Shown here: positions 1-10,416 of the stretch, in pieces
Position numbering within the stretch: position 1 is the stretch's first letter
Layout: each line of letters starts with the position of its first letter
DNA from: an uncultured Planctomycetia bacterium
Lineage (GTDB): Bacteria; Omnitrophota; Gorgyraeia; 2-02-FULL-51-18; JAGOUK01
DNA: 64,000 nt
Reading direction: 5' to 3'
Assembly (NCBI GenBank): GCA_964430735.1
Contig: CAYSFB010000005.1
Location: 110,390 to 174,389, forward strand
Made by a program: the position numbers and the translations under genes
Notes under the pieces: model-generated
The model's input: the letters and a program-made list of their open reading frames with translations, nothing else
Told to the model about the DNA's origin: nothing
Database searches by the model: none

Positions 1-1
1 C

Positions 2-526
2 GGAGAGACGATTTTCATCCAGAAGTGGAAGCGGCTCATGCCCGACATCGACATCTTCGGCTGCAACATTTACCGCGGCAAGGACGGCTTCGGCAAGAGC
101 TTCTGGGACAACGTCAAAAAATACACCGGCAAGCCCGTGTTCATCACCGAATACGGCTGCCCCGCGTTCCACAACCAGCGTTCTCAAAAAGAAGCCGAAG
201 CGCTCCAGTCGGAATACCTTGTCGGCAACTGGGCCGACATCTGGTACAACCGCGCCGGGTCGGCGATGGGCAATTCCATCGGCGGAACGCTCTTCCAGTA
301 CGTCGACGAGTGGTGGAAGGCGGGACCTCCTCCGGAGTTCGATCCGTTCCAACAGGACACGGTTGGTGATTTCAAGGCGGACTTCCCGGACGGCTGGATG
401 CACGAGGAATGGCTCGGCATCACCAGCCAGGGCGACGGAACCAAGAGCCCCTTTTTGCGGCATTTGCGCCAAAGCTACTTTGATTTAAAACGAGTCTGGA
501 ACCAAGAAAAGGAGAATCCGTCATGA
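2..526 (+). CDS. 5'-truncated CDS, C-terminal part of a clan GH-A-like glycoside hydrolase domain protein
   Basis: The frame is open from the window edge to TGA at 524-526. The translation (...PDIDIFGCNIYRG...VFITEYGCPAF...FQYVDEWWKAGPP) parallels the repeat unit of the 1699-aa protein at 2084..7183 ([13 protein letters not shown]...[11 protein letters not shown]...[11 protein letters not shown]). The stop overlaps the next ATG (ATGA at 523-526). Confidence 0.6.
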   Translation, partial: GETIFIQKWKRLMPDIDIFGCNIYRGKDGFGKSFWDNVKKYTGKPVFITEYGCPAFHNQRSQKEAEALQSEYLVGNWADIWYNRAGSAMGNSIGGTLFQYVDEWWKAGPPPEFDPFQQDTVGDFKADFPDGWMHEEWLGITSQGDGTKSPFLRHLRQSYFDLKRVWNQEKENPS

Positions 527-1143
527 AACGCATCCTGACCCCCGCCGTCATCGCGCCGATGGCCGCGCTGACGCTGTTCGCGACCCTCATCCTCGGACCC
601 CAGTCGGGCAGCCTTGCCGAAGGCGCCTTCAAGGTGTTCCCGGTCTACACGGACGCGAGCGCCCCGGACAACCATTTTGCCCCCACCGGCTGGATGGGCG
701 ACTATTCCGACATCACCGTGGACGACACGTTCACCGTGAACCCGCATTCCGGTTCCACCAGCGTCAAAATCACGTACTCCAAGGCCTCCACTCAAGGGGC
801 CGGCTGGTCGGGCGTCTACTGGCAGGAACCGGCCAACAACTGGGGCAACCGTCCCGGCGGCTATGACCTGACCGGCGCCACCAAACTCACCTTCTGGGCC
901 CGCGGCGACAAGGGCGGGGAAGTGATCAACGAGATCAAGATCGGCGGCATCAAGGGCCAGTATCCGGACACGACTGTGGCCGGCATCGGACCCGTGGTTC
1001 TGACGACCGAGTGGAAGGAATACTCCATCGACCTCACCGGCAAGGACCTGACGAATATCATCGGCGGGTTCTGCTGGGCGACGAGCCTGGACAAGAATCC
1101 CAACGGGGCCGTATTCTATTTTGACGACATTCGCTACGAGTAA
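523..1143 (+). CDS. secreted protein with a putative glycan-binding beta-sandwich domain (signal peptide, paralog of 1180..1935)
   Basis: ATG 523 with AAAAGGAGA SD at 508-515. N-terminal signal peptide MKRILTPAVIAPMAALTLFATLILG. Shares GWMGDYSD...NPHSGSTS...WQxPANNWGNRPGGYDLTG.TKLTFWARG...FY.DDIRYE with the next gene. The family is not confidently recognised. Confidence 0.6.
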   Translation: MKRILTPAVIAPMAALTLFATLILGPQSGSLAEGAFKVFPVYTDASAPDNHFAPTGWMGDYSDITVDDTFTVNPHSGSTSVKITYSKASTQGAGWSGVYWQEPANNWGNRPGGYDLTGATKLTFWARGDKGGEVINEIKIGGIKGQYPDTTVAGIGPVVLTTEWKEYSIDLTGKDLTNIIGGFCWATSLDKNPNGAVFYFDDIRYE

Positions 1144-1179
1144 ACGCACGAACCCTACACGCAGTTGCAAGGAGTCTCT

Positions 1180-1935
1180 ATGAAATCATTCTTCAAGTTG
1201 ATGGGCCTGTTTGCGGTCGCCGTCGCGATCGCCGGCTGCGCCAAAGAGCCCGCGTCGGGGTTCAAGGTCGAAAACGCCGCTCCGACCTCGGCCGGCGCGA
1301 GCTCCGTCGGCAGCGACGTGGCCAACGCGGTGAGCCGCGTTTCGGAATACGAGGAAGTTCCCGCTCCGGCTTCGGGTGCGGCTCCCTCCCAGTCGGCTCC
1401 GGCCAATTCCGGCGGCGCCTTCCGCAACTTCCCGATCTACACGGACGAAAGCTCTCCCGACAACCATTACTATCCGTCGGGATGGATGGGCGATTACTCG
1501 GATCTGACCTTTGACAGCGCCTATCTGCAGAATCCGCACTCGGGCAGCACCTCGATCCGCATCTCCTACAGCAACAAGGCGACGCAGGGCGCCCGCTGGA
1601 CCGGCATTTACTGGCAGAATCCGGCCAATAACTGGGGCAACCGTCCCGGCGGCTACGACCTGACCGGGTCGACCAAACTCACGTTCTGGGCCCGCGGCGA
1701 AAAAGGCGGCGAGCGCATCGAAGAGTTCAAGATGGGCGGAATGACGGGCGAATACTCGGATTCCGACCTGGCCGGCATCGGACCCGTGGTCCTTACGCAG
1801 GAGTGGAAGCAGTACACGATCGAGCTTGAGGACAAGGACCTTTCCTCGATCACCGGTGGCTTCGCTTGGGCGGCGAATATCGATAACAATCCGGACGGCA
1901 TGGTTTTTTATCTCGACGATATCCGCTACGAATAA
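1180..1935 (+). CDS. lipoprotein paralog of 523..1143 (putative glycan-binding domain with an N-terminal low-complexity Ala/Ser/Pro linker)
   Basis: ATG 1180 with AAGGAG at 1169-1174 (the ORF track starts at TTG 1165). Lipobox-like LFAVAVAIAGC. The C-terminal 170 aa are about 55% identical to the previous ORF. Confidence 0.6.
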   Translation: MKSFFKLMGLFAVAVAIAGCAKEPASGFKVENAAPTSAGASSVGSDVANAVSRVSEYEEVPAPASGAAPSQSAPANSGGAFRNFPIYTDESSPDNHYYPSGWMGDYSDLTFDSAYLQNPHSGSTSIRISYSNKATQGARWTGIYWQNPANNWGNRPGGYDLTGSTKLTFWARGEKGGERIEEFKMGGMTGEYSDSDLAGIGPVVLTQEWKQYTIELEDKDLSSITGGFAWAANIDNNPDGMVFYLDDIRYE

Positions 1936-1960
1936 GATCGGCGGGATTTGAAAAAATCTC

Positions 1961-2027
1961 AAAAATTACAGCTGGAGATTCTTCCCGAAGTTTGGCACAA
2001 TACGGGGAATCTCCAGCTGTAATTTTT
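1961..2027. repeat. perfect 21-bp inverted repeat (AAAAATTACAGCTGGAGATTC / GAATCTCCAGCTGTAATTTTT) with a 25-nt loop, followed by T-runs; terminator-like or regulatory hairpin
   Basis: Arms 1961..1981 and 2007..2027 are exact reverse complements. It lies 26 nt after the stop at 1935. TTTTTTGCCGTTTTT follows. Confidence 0.5.
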
Positions 2028-2083
2028 TGCCGTTTTTAGACTGATCACGACCGTCCAACTTACCAAGAATCAGGGACTATTCT

Positions 2084-5000
2084 ATGGCCGACGCCGCCGA
2101 AAAAAAGAACAATAAAAAAGGCATCTTTTTCATCATTTTCTCAACGCTGGCTTTGGTCGGCGGCGGCGCGTATTTATGGCACCTGAGCTCGGCCAACCAA
2201 ATGCCGTCCTTGAGCATCCAGCGATACGGCGACGGCGGTTACCTGTTCAAGCTGAACGACAAGCCCTTCCTGGTCAAAGGCTTCTGCTACAACCCGATTC
2301 CGGCGGGCAAGGATTTTGAGTATGACTTCTGGGCCGATCCCGGCAAGCCCTGGCTGACCGACGGCAAGCTCATGAAAGAAGCCGGCGTCAATGCCGTGCG
2401 CATCTACCGGACCGGCAAACATCCCAAACTGACCAAACAGGGAATTTCTGATCTGCATCAGAAGTTCGGCATCCGCACCTTCGTGGGTCACTACCTCGGG
2501 TTCTGGGACTGGCCCCCGGCGAATTACGCCAACGGCGGCTTCCAGAAAAAGATGACGGTCGACGTCGTGAACATGGTCCGCGAGTACAAGGATCAGCCCG
2601 GCATCATCGGCTGGATCCTCGGCAACGAAAACAACTACAGCTTCGACCGCAATATCCGCAACTGGTCCAACGAAGACATCGACAAGCTCGGCGACGCCGA
2701 GAAAATGTGGGAAGCCCGCGCCCGCATCTACTACCGCTTCGTCAACGAAGTCGCGAAGGAAGTCAAAAAGGTCGATCCCACGCGTCCCGTTATCATGGGA
2801 ATCGGCGAAATCAAATCGCTTCATATCGCCGCCCAGGAAACACCCGATATCGACGTGCTCGGCATCATCGCGTATCGCGGGGCGAGCTTCGGCAACCTGT
2901 TCCGTCAGGTCAAGCAGACCTACGACAAGCCCGTGCTCATGATCGAGTTCGGCGCCGACCGCTTCAACGCCTATACCCGCGAAGAAGACCAGATGTCGCA
3001 GACCCGTTTCGTCGAAACGCAGTGGAAGGACATCGAGCGCAACTCCGTCGCCAAGACCGGCAGCGGCAATGCGATCGGGGGTCTGGTGTTCGAATGGACG
3101 GATGAGTGGTGGAAGGCCAACGAAGCGCTGGCCCACACGTGGGGCATCCACGACCAGGCGGCTCAATGGTCCCATTCCGCGTATTACTACGATTACGAAG
3201 CGCCCGGCCGCATGAACATCAACGAAGAGTGGTGGGGCGTCGTCTCGATCAAGCCCCGTCCGCAAGAAGTCGAAAACGGCGTCGACGCGCGCATTCCGAC
3301 CAAGGCGTATTACGTGCTCAAGCAGCTTTGGACCAAGGGAATCGGCGCCGTCGCTGACACCGGCACCAAGGCCGTCTCTGTAACTCCGCCTACGGCCGTT
3401 CCGACGGTTGTCGAGACTCCGGCTGCGTTGACGCTCAAGTCCACACCTGAGGGAGGGTACTCGCTTTTCCTGAACGGCAACCCGTTCTGGGTCCAGGGCG
3501 CATCTTACGGAAGCGGTGGTTCTGGCCAGGGCGGAGGCTCCGGTTCTGCGGGAGGCTCGGGTTCGGGCTCTGGTTCTGGCTCGGGCGCAGGTGTTGGTTC
3601 AGGCTCGGGTTCGGGCTCTGGCACCGGTTCGGGTGTTGGTTCTGGCTCAGGCGTTGGTTCTGGCACAGGCTCCGGCGTCGGTTCGGGTGCCGGCTTGGGT
3701 TCGGGTACCGGTGTGGGCGCCGGGTCCGGTGTCGGAATTTCTTCATCGGCTGTTTCGCTGAGCCAATTGGGACGGTCCGGCTATGACCTGGGATCCGCGG
3801 CGCTCGTGGGCGGCTATTGGAACCACCCGGGTTCTCCTTGGAAGAATGATGCCGCAGCCATGCGTCCTTACGGGATCAATACGGTTTTTATTTCGGTGGA
3901 TCCTTCCGCCGTTCCGGCTTCGGTCAAGGCGACGGACGACTTTTATCAGCAAAAGATCTACTCGGTTATCGGGTATGACCTCGGCTACAACGCTGTGAGT
4001 CCGCTCGATTATTCCGATCCTTCCGTTCAGAAGTCCGTTTTGGATGTCGCGCTTCAGATGGTTCGCGAAGCCAAGGGCCGCGAGCACGTTCTCGCCTATG
4101 TGATCGGCTATAAGAACCATCTTCCTTATGAGTCGGCATCGACACCGGAGAACCGCGCCGCGGTCGAAGCTTACTTCACCTTTGCAAACAAAGTCGCCGA
4201 AGAGATCAAGAAGCTGGATCCTTCCAGAATCGTCATCCTTCAGCTGGTTGATCGTACGCGTTATGCCGATGAATTGAAGCGTCTCATTCCGCGCATCGAT
4301 GTGATCGGCGTGATCCGCGATCAAGCAGAGCGCGTCGGTCCGCTGATCGATTATTATCAGGATAAGACCGTCAAGCCGGTCATCGTGATGTTCGGTGCGG
4401 ATAGTTACAACGCACGGACCGGCCGTCCTGATGAAGATGCGCAGGCGCGCTTTTTGACCGACGCCTGGAAAGACATCCAAGCCGGAACCACGCTCGCGTC
4501 ACCCAAGGGGACTGCCTTGGGCGGAGTGGTTTATGAATGGGTCGATCAATGGTGGCGCGCCGACGCGTCCTCGGCTTCGGGCGCTCTGGTTCAGGACCCG
4601 ACCGTTCAAGGCTCCAGCCCGATTTATACTTATGACTACGATGCTCCTTCCAACTTGAACGTTAATGAAGAGTGGTTCGGCTTGAACCGCCTGGACCCGA
4701 ACGGCAAGGGTGGATGGGTGGTCGCGCCGAAGGAAGCGTTGCGTTCCCTGAGCGATCTGTGGATCCCGAACCTGTCGCAGATGAAGTGGCCGGCGCTTCC
4801 CGCGCGGCCCGTGGTTCTGACAGTCGCTCCGGTAGAATCAGCTCCGATGCCGGCTCCGGCCGGCTCTTCGCAGGGCCTGTCTCTGATTCCGAACACCTCG
4901 GGCGGATACACCTGGGCTTTGAACGGAGCGGCGTTCTGGGTCAAGGGCGTGGCTTACAGCTCAGGTCCCGTTTCTGATCCTTCCTCGGCGGCGTTTTGGT

Positions 5001-7183
5001 CGAATCCCGCGCGTCCGTGGCTGAAGGACGCGGGCGTTATGAAGGATGCGGGGGTCAACGCCATCCGGTTGTACACGACGGTCGAGCAGATTCTAGGATC
5101 CGTCTCGGCTGCCAAAGACTTCCATTCCAAAGGTATTTACACCTTCATGGGACATGACCTCGGGTTTTGGACCCGCCCGATGTCCGATTACCGCGACCCC
5201 GCGGTGCGTGCGGCTGTCACCTCCGAAGTACTGAAGATGGTCGAAGCCGGCAAAAACGAGCCGGGTGTTCTTGCCTGGATCCTCGGCAACGAAAACAACT
5301 CCGCATTTGAAGGTGTTCCTTCGCCCGAAAAAACTGCTCAGGCTGAGGCGTATTTTTCATTCGTCAATTCACTGGCGGAGCAGATCCGGGACATCGATCC
5401 GACCCGTCCCGTCATTATGGGCCTTGGCGAAACGCAGCACATCGACCTCGTTTCCAAGCTCACGCCGGACGTCGACGCGGTCGGCTTGATTGCGTACCGC
5501 GGAGATAACTTTGCCGGGCTTTTCACGGAGTATTCCAAAAAGATCAACAAGCCCATTCTTGCGCTTGAGTATGGCGCCGACAGCTACAACGCGCTGACCG
5601 GCGGACCGGACGAGGCTGTCCAGGCGCAGTACCTGCTCTCGCTTTGGAAGGACATCCGCCGCAACACGACCATGGACACCGCGTCCGGCGTCGCGCTGGG
5701 CGGGTTCCTGTACGAATGGGTCGACCAGTGGTGGCGTGCCGATGCGAACAATCCGGCGAGCTGGAAGGTGCAGGATGCCCAGGGCCAGTGGTCCAGTGCA
5801 TCCTACCTTTATGATTACAACGTCCCCGGCGGCCTCAATGTCAACGAGGAGTGGTTCGGCGTGATGAAGCTCGTTCCCGACACCCAGAACCCCGGATTCT
5901 TCGTCCCTGCACCCAAGCTCGCGCTCACGGGGCTCACGCCGCTGTGGAATCAGGCCGGCAGTCTGACGCCCGAAGTGCTGGGTCTCAAGATCGTCGGGCC
6001 TTCGAATCCGACGGCGGTGCGGCCTGTGCCTGCGGCAACGGCCGCCGCCCAGTCGGAATCGGCCCGCACGCCTTCGATCCGCATCGCCTCCAATAACGCA
6101 GGCGGCACGGCGTTTGCGCTGCCCGGAGGAGAATCCGTCTGGACGCGAGGCGTCGTTTACAGCCCGACTCCGATCGGTCAGGGCCCGACCTTCGATTATC
6201 TGGCCGACACGACCCGTCCCTGGACCCGCGACGGGGAATTCATGGCCAAGGCCGGCATCAATTCCGTCCTGACCTATGTCAGTCCCAACAACCTGCCGGG
6301 CGCCCAGAGCCTGGCGTCCGACCTCTACAAGACCCACAAGATCTGGACCTTTGCGGCGCTGGATCCGGGCCTTTGGTCCGGATCGCTGACGCCGGACTAC
6401 ACGGATTCGGCCGTCCGCGACCGGATTTCTGCGGAGATCCTTCAATCCGTCCAGAGTCTCAAGGGCTCCGACGGTATCGCGGCTTGGGTGATTTCGAACC
6501 GTCAGGGCTTCCTGCGCGGAGAAGATGGTCTGAGTCAGGGGAGCCGGGAAGCGTATTACACCTTCCTGAACGAGCTCACGCAGAAGATCAAATCGGCCGA
6601 TCCTTCCCGTCCGGTCATCGTCGAAGTGCTGGGCCGCGAAAACCTCAAGTGGATCGCGGGCCTCGTTCCCGACGCGGATGCGGTCGGTATTTACGGCAAG
6701 TCCGGAGCGTGGGGATGGAAGTCGGACTTCGACGCGGTCCGTTCGAATTTTGCCAAACCTGTCATCGTGCTGGCCTTCGGCGCGGACAGCTACAACATGC
6801 GGTCCGCCGCTCCGGACGAGGAAGCCCAGGCCTGGATGATCGAATCCCAGTGGCGGGCGCTCGACCCCCAGACGACCCGCTTGAACGATTCCGGTCAGGT
6901 GCTCGGTGGATTCGTTTACGAATGGACGGACTCCTGGTGGAAGGCCGATCCTGCGAACCCGTCGACCTGGTCGGTGCAGGACGTCTCGGCCCAGAGCTCG
7001 AGCCGCGCTTATCCCGCGGATTATGAAGTGGCCGGCAACCAAAACGTGAATGACGAGTGGTTCGGTGTGATGAAGGTCCAGCCGTCCGTCGCCGGTTCGG
7101 CGGCGCCCGTTTTGGCGCCCAAGAAGGTCTACGAGACTCTGACGCAGATGTGGGCTTCTCCCAAGGAAGTCTGCGCCGGCTAG
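2084..7183 (+). CDS. 1699-aa membrane-anchored protein with four tandem clan GH-A-like TIM-barrel (GH2/GH5-like) domains, alternately catalytically intact and degenerate
   Basis: ATG 2084. N-terminal TM helix [19 protein letters not shown]. Repeats 1 and 3 keep the acid/base motif WILGNENN (nt ~2611 and ~5281) and the nucleophile region IEFGAD / LEYGAD. Repeats 2 and 4 have VIGYKNH / VISNRQG and MFGAD / LAFGAD, so both Glu residues are lost. All four conserve EW[TV]D.WW[KR]A. Confidence 0.6.
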   Translation: MADAAEKKNNKKGIFFIIFSTLALVGGGAYLWHLSSANQMPSLSIQRYGDGGYLFKLNDKPFLVKGFCYNPIPAGKDFEYDFWADPGKPWLTDGKLMKEAGVNAVRIYRTGKHPKLTKQGISDLHQKFGIRTFVGHYLGFWDWPPANYANGGFQKKMTVDVVNMVREYKDQPGIIGWILGNENNYSFDRNIRNWSNEDIDKLGDAEKMWEARARIYYRFVNEVAKEVKKVDPTRPVIMGIGEIKSLHIAAQETPDIDVLGIIAYRGASFGNLFRQVKQTYDKPVLMIEFGADRFNAYTREEDQMSQTRFVETQWKDIERNSVAKTGSGNAIGGLVFEWTDEWWKANEALAHTWGIHDQAAQWSHSAYYYDYEAPGRMNINEEWWGVVSIKPRPQEVENGVDARIPTKAYYVLKQLWTKGIGAVADTGTKAVSVTPPTAVPTVVETPAALTLKSTPEGGYSLFLNGNPFWVQGASYGSGGSGQGGGSGSAGGSGSGSGSGSGAGVGSGSGSGSGTGSGVGSGSGVGSGTGSGVGSGAGLGSGTGVGAGSGVGISSSAVSLSQLGRSGYDLGSAALVGGYWNHPGSPWKNDAAAMRPYGINTVFISVDPSAVPASVKATDDFYQQKIYSVIGYDLGYNAVSPLDYSDPSVQKSVLDVALQMVREAKGREHVLAYVIGYKNHLPYESASTPENRAAVEAYFTFANKVAEEIKKLDPSRIVILQLVDRTRYADELKRLIPRIDVIGVIRDQAERVGPLIDYYQDKTVKPVIVMFGADSYNARTGRPDEDAQARFLTDAWKDIQAGTTLASPKGTALGGVVYEWVDQWWRADASSASGALVQDPTVQGSSPIYTYDYDAPSNLNVNEEWFGLNRLDPNGKGGWVVAPKEALRSLSDLWIPNLSQMKWPALPARPVVLTVAPVESAPMPAPAGSSQGLSLIPNTSGGYTWALNGAAFWVKGVAYSSGPVSDPSSAAFWSNPARPWLKDAGVMKDAGVNAIRLYTTVEQILGSVSAAKDFHSKGIYTFMGHDLGFWTRPMSDYRDPAVRAAVTSEVLKMVEAGKNEPGVLAWILGNENNSAFEGVPSPEKTAQAEAYFSFVNSLAEQIRDIDPTRPVIMGLGETQHIDLVSKLTPDVDAVGLIAYRGDNFAGLFTEYSKKINKPILALEYGADSYNALTGGPDEAVQAQYLLSLWKDIRRNTTMDTASGVALGGFLYEWVDQWWRADANNPASWKVQDAQGQWSSASYLYDYNVPGGLNVNEEWFGVMKLVPDTQNPGFFVPAPKLALTGLTPLWNQAGSLTPEVLGLKIVGPSNPTAVRPVPAATAAAQSESARTPSIRIASNNAGGTAFALPGGESVWTRGVVYSPTPIGQGPTFDYLADTTRPWTRDGEFMAKAGINSVLTYVSPNNLPGAQSLASDLYKTHKIWTFAALDPGLWSGSLTPDYTDSAVRDRISAEILQSVQSLKGSDGIAAWVISNRQGFLRGEDGLSQGSREAYYTFLNELTQKIKSADPSRPVIVEVLGRENLKWIAGLVPDADAVGIYGKSGAWGWKSDFDAVRSNFAKPVIVLAFGADSYNMRSAAPDEEAQAWMIESQWRALDPQTTRLNDSGQVLGGFVYEWTDSWWKADPANPSTWSVQDVSAQSSSRAYPADYEVAGNQNVNDEWFGVMKVQPSVAGSAAPVLAPKKVYETLTQMWASPKEVCAG
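3508..3748 (+). repeat. low-complexity Gly-Ser(-Ala/Val/Thr) linker (GSGSGxGSG...) between GH repeats 1 and 2; degenerate GGC-TCG/TCT-GGT nucleotide repeat
   Basis: About 80 aa of [46 protein letters not shown]... are read in frame. Confidence 0.8.
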
Positions 7184-7207
7184 GAGTTGCCAGTCCGGCG
7201 GTTTTTT
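7174..7207 (+). terminator. hairpin CGCCGG-15 nt-CCGGCG followed by GTTTTTT overlapping the stop of the GH gene; intrinsic-terminator-like
   Basis: Seen directly. The loop is large (15 nt), so the call is weak. Confidence 0.35.
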
Positions 7208-7260
7208 AATATCCTATACCGATTCATTTTTAGGCCGTAAACACAGAGGAAGTACCGTTT

Positions 7261-8427
7261 ATGGGTTCGATTCGTACCGCGATTTTTGGCGTCGGCAACT
7301 GTGCAAGCTCACTCGTTCAGGGCCGCTTTTATTATGCGGACCGCAAGGCGAACGTTCCGGGCCTGATCACCAAGAGCTTCGGCGGCTACTACGCGGCGGA
7401 CATCGAATACGTGGCGGCCTTTGACATCGACCGGCGCAAAGTCGGCCTCGACCTTTCCAAGGCCATTTTTTCGCCCCCCAACTGCACGACGATCTTCCAG
7501 TCCAAGATCCCGAACATGAAGTGCACGGTCGAGCAGGGCTACATCATCGATTCCATCGCCGCGCACAACCAGGACTTCAGCGAGAATCAGCGCTTCGAAC
7601 CCCTCAAGAACCGCGACGCGTCGGCCGCCGAGGCCAAGGCGCGCATTGTGAAGTCCCTGAAGGCCAAGGGCGTCGAAGTCGTCGTCAATTATCTTCCCGT
7701 CGGCAGCGAGCAGAACGTCCGCTTCTACGCGCAATGCGCCCTTGAGGCGGGATGCGCGTTCGTCAATGCCGTTCCCGTGTTCGTGTCCAAGATCATGGGC
7801 GAGGACTTCCGCCGCAAAGGCCTTCCGATCCTCGGCGATGACATCAAATCCCAGGTCGGCGCCACCATCGTCCACCGCGTGCTCGCGAAGCTGTTCGAGG
7901 ACCGGGGCCAATCGATCAAGCGCACGTATCAGCTCAACGTCGGCGGCAACACCGATTTCATGAACATGCTCGACCGCACGCGCCTGGAGTCCAAGAAGAT
8001 CTCGAAGACCCAGGCCGTCACCAGCCAGATCAGCAGCGACAACACGCTCCCCAAGGACGACGTCCACGTGGGCCCGAGCGACTTCGTGCCCTGGCTCAAC
8101 GACAACAAGCTCTGCTTCATCCGCATCGAGGCCGAGCAGTTCGGCGGCGTGCCGATGAACCTCGAGCTGCGTCTCTCGGTCGAGGACTCCCCGAATTCCG
8201 CCGGCGTCATCACCGACGCCATCCGCGCGGCCAAGGTCGCGCTCGACCGGGGCCTGGGCGGACCGATCATCGACGCGTCGGCCTATCTCTTCAAGTCGCC
8301 CGTGAAGCAGTTCGACGACGCGGTCGCCCGTCAGATGCTCATCGACTTCGCGAACTCCGCGTCGGCCAAGCCGGCCGCCAAGTCCGCAGGCAAGGCCCGC
8401 TCCAAGCGCGCCGCGCTGGCCGCATAG
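7261..8427 (+). CDS. ino1: myo-inositol-1-phosphate synthase (bacterial/archaeal type)
   Basis: Motifs AIFGVGNCASSLVQG, YLPVGSE, FYAQCALEAGCAFVNA, GDDIKSQVGATIVHRVLAKLFEDRG and QLNVGGNTDFMNMLDRTRLESKKISKTQAVTS match actinobacterial Ino1 almost residue for residue. SD AGAGGAAG lies upstream. Confidence 0.92.
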   Translation: MGSIRTAIFGVGNCASSLVQGRFYYADRKANVPGLITKSFGGYYAADIEYVAAFDIDRRKVGLDLSKAIFSPPNCTTIFQSKIPNMKCTVEQGYIIDSIAAHNQDFSENQRFEPLKNRDASAAEAKARIVKSLKAKGVEVVVNYLPVGSEQNVRFYAQCALEAGCAFVNAVPVFVSKIMGEDFRRKGLPILGDDIKSQVGATIVHRVLAKLFEDRGQSIKRTYQLNVGGNTDFMNMLDRTRLESKKISKTQAVTSQISSDNTLPKDDVHVGPSDFVPWLNDNKLCFIRIEAEQFGGVPMNLELRLSVEDSPNSAGVITDAIRAAKVALDRGLGGPIIDASAYLFKSPVKQFDDAVARQMLIDFANSASAKPAAKSAGKARSKRAALAA

Positions 8428-8525
8428 CCCTCAAGGGCCCGAGAGTCCTCCTGAGCCCCAAGAAGACCTTCACGCTCCTTTCCTGGAACATCAACGGAAT
8501 CCGTTCCGCTGAGAAAAAAGGCTTT

Positions 8526-9233
8526 TTGGACTGGATGAAAACCGCCGGCGCCGACCTCATCGGCGTCCAGGAAACAAAAGCCCACCCCGATCAACTGACT
8601 CCGACCCTGCGCAACCCGGAAGGTTTTTTCACCTCCTGGGCGTCCGCCGAACGCAAAGGCTACAGCGGCGTGGCGACTTTTTCCAAACGCCAGCCGGTCA
8701 AGACGACGATCGGCTGCGGGGTGGCGGAGTTTGATCTCGAGGGGCGGGTGATCCAGACGGACTTCGAGGACTTCACCCACTTCAACATTTACTTTCCGAA
8801 CGGCCAGCGCGACGACGTACGGCTCAAATACAAGCTCAAGTTCTACGACCATATCCTGGACGTGTTCGAGGGTTTGCGCCGCAAGGGCCGCAAGGTCGTG
8901 ATCGCGGGGGACGTGAACACGGCCCATCAGGAGATCGACCTCGCCCGGCCCAAGGAAAACAGCAAAACGTCGGGCTTTTTGCCCGTTGAAAGGGCCTGGA
9001 TCGACAAGCTGGTGAGCCTGGGGTACATCGACACGCTGCGCGTTTTCCGCAAGGAACCGGGCCTTTACACCTGGTGGGACCAGATCAGCCGCGCCCGCGA
9101 GCGCAACGTCGGCTGGCGCATCGATTACCACATCGTTTCGGCCGATTTGGCCCCCCATCTGGACGACGCCTGGACCGAGCCCGATGTCATGGGCTCGGAC
9201 CATTGCCCGGTGGGACTCAGGCTTGCCTTTTGA
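8526..9233 (+). CDS. xth: exodeoxyribonuclease III / AP endonuclease (the called TTG start is probably too far downstream)
   Basis: GVQETK, NIYFPNG, VIAGDVNTAHQEIDL, GYIDTLR, WRIDYHIVS and SDHCPV all match. The conserved N-terminal WNINGIR block is encoded in frame upstream (8484-8504) with no ATG, GTG or TTG. Confidence 0.85.
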   Translation: MDWMKTAGADLIGVQETKAHPDQLTPTLRNPEGFFTSWASAERKGYSGVATFSKRQPVKTTIGCGVAEFDLEGRVIQTDFEDFTHFNIYFPNGQRDDVRLKYKLKFYDHILDVFEGLRRKGRKVVIAGDVNTAHQEIDLARPKENSKTSGFLPVERAWIDKLVSLGYIDTLRVFRKEPGLYTWWDQISRARERNVGWRIDYHIVSADLAPHLDDAWTEPDVMGSDHCPVGLRLAF

Positions 9234-9239
9234 CCGGCT

Positions 9240-9249
9240 GTGATAAAAT
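9240..9249 (+). promoter_or_regulatory. extended -10-like element GTGATAAAAT, 10 nt upstream of the ispG ATG
   Basis: The same decamer class recurs at 10407..10416 and 56055..56064, in each case 0-13 nt before a start codon in GC-rich DNA. Confidence 0.4.
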
Positions 9250-9258
9250 AGCGCCCTC

Positions 9259-10392
9259 ATGAGCCAAACCACCCGGATCGTCCAAGTCAAAGACCTCAAG
9301 ATCGGCGGGGGCAACCCCATCGCCGTGCAGTCGATGTGCGCCACGCACACCCGCGACATCGCGGCCACCGTCGAGCAGGTCAACATGCTCCACGCGGCCG
9401 GCGCCGACCTCATCCGCATCGCGGTCGACAACAAGCTCGACGTCGAAGCCCTCAAAGAAATCCGCCGCCAGGCCAACCCCAAGGCGCGCCTCGTCGTCGA
9501 CCTTCAGGAAAATTATCCGCTCGCCGAACTCGTCGCGCCCTTCGTCGATAAGATGCGCTACAACCCGGGCCACCTCCACCACCTGAACAAGGACGTTCCG
9601 GTGAAGGAAAAAGTCCGCTGGCTCGTCGAGATCGCCAAGAAAAACGGCAACGCGCTCCGCATCGGCGTGAATTGTGGTTCCGTCGCCCCCGAATTCCTCG
9701 AGCGTTATCCCGGCGATCACGTGCGCGCGATTGTCGAATCGGCCGCCTGGCATTGCTCGCTCATGGACGAGTTCGGCTTTAAGAACTTCGTCGTTTCGCT
9801 CAAGGACTCGGATCCCGACAAGGTCATCGTCTGCAACGAAGAATTCTCCAAGCGCCGGCCGGACGTTCCCATCCATCTCGGCGTCACCGAAGCGGGCCTT
9901 CCGCCCGACGGCATCATCAAGACGCGCATCGCGTTCGAAAAACTCCTGAGCCAGGGCATCGGCGACACCTTCCGCGTCTCGCTCACCGTGCCGAATCCCG
10001 AGAAGCATCTCGAGATTTCGACCGGGCACAAGATCATCGACGACGTGAAGAACGGCCGGTTCATCTCAGTCCCGAAAAACTTCGGGAAGGGGATGAACGT
10101 CATTTCCTGCCCGTCCTGCTCGCGCGTCGAGAACCAGGACTTCGTGAAGCTCGCGCAGGAGGTCAAAAAGATGACCGAATTCGCGAAGGAAAAGAAAATT
10201 ACCATCGCCGTCATGGGCTGCCGCGTGAACGGCCCCGGCGAGACCGACGATGCCGATCTCGGCCTCTGGTGCGGCCCCTCGACCGTCACGCTCAAGCAGA
10301 AGACCGAGACGCTCGGCTCCTACACCTACGACACCATCCTGCCCGTTCTTAAGTCCAAGCTCGACGCACTGATTCTCGCCCAGGCGCTCTGA
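9259..10392 (+). CDS. ispG: 4-hydroxy-3-methylbut-2-en-1-yl diphosphate synthase (IspG/GcpE)
   Basis: [26 protein letters not shown] and [10 protein letters not shown] match. Confidence 0.95.
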   Translation: MSQTTRIVQVKDLKIGGGNPIAVQSMCATHTRDIAATVEQVNMLHAAGADLIRIAVDNKLDVEALKEIRRQANPKARLVVDLQENYPLAELVAPFVDKMRYNPGHLHHLNKDVPVKEKVRWLVEIAKKNGNALRIGVNCGSVAPEFLERYPGDHVRAIVESAAWHCSLMDEFGFKNFVVSLKDSDPDKVIVCNEEFSKRRPDVPIHLGVTEAGLPPDGIIKTRIAFEKLLSQGIGDTFRVSLTVPNPEKHLEISTGHKIIDDVKNGRFISVPKNFGKGMNVISCPSCSRVENQDFVKLAQEVKKMTEFAKEKKITIAVMGCRVNGPGETDDADLGLWCGPSTVTLKQKTETLGSYTYDTILPVLKSKLDALILAQAL

Positions 10393-10406
10393 CGCCGTTT
10401 CGGGGC

Positions 10407-10416
10407 GTGATAAAAT
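10407..10416 (+). promoter_or_regulatory. extended -10-like element GTGATAAAAT overlapping the first ATG of murI; this implies a leaderless or short-leader transcript starting at ATG 10424
   Basis: The motif is identical to 9240..9249. Confidence 0.35.

Noticed and set aside
475-7042. Antisense or alternative-frame ORFs over the glycan locus and core genes. These include 475..1170 minus, 1186..1962 minus, 2174..3265 minus, 5369..7042 minus, 8331..9482 minus, 9217..10029 minus, 12042..13328 minus and 15733..17328 minus.
   Set aside because: Same reasoning. They overlap well-supported conserved genes on the plus strand.
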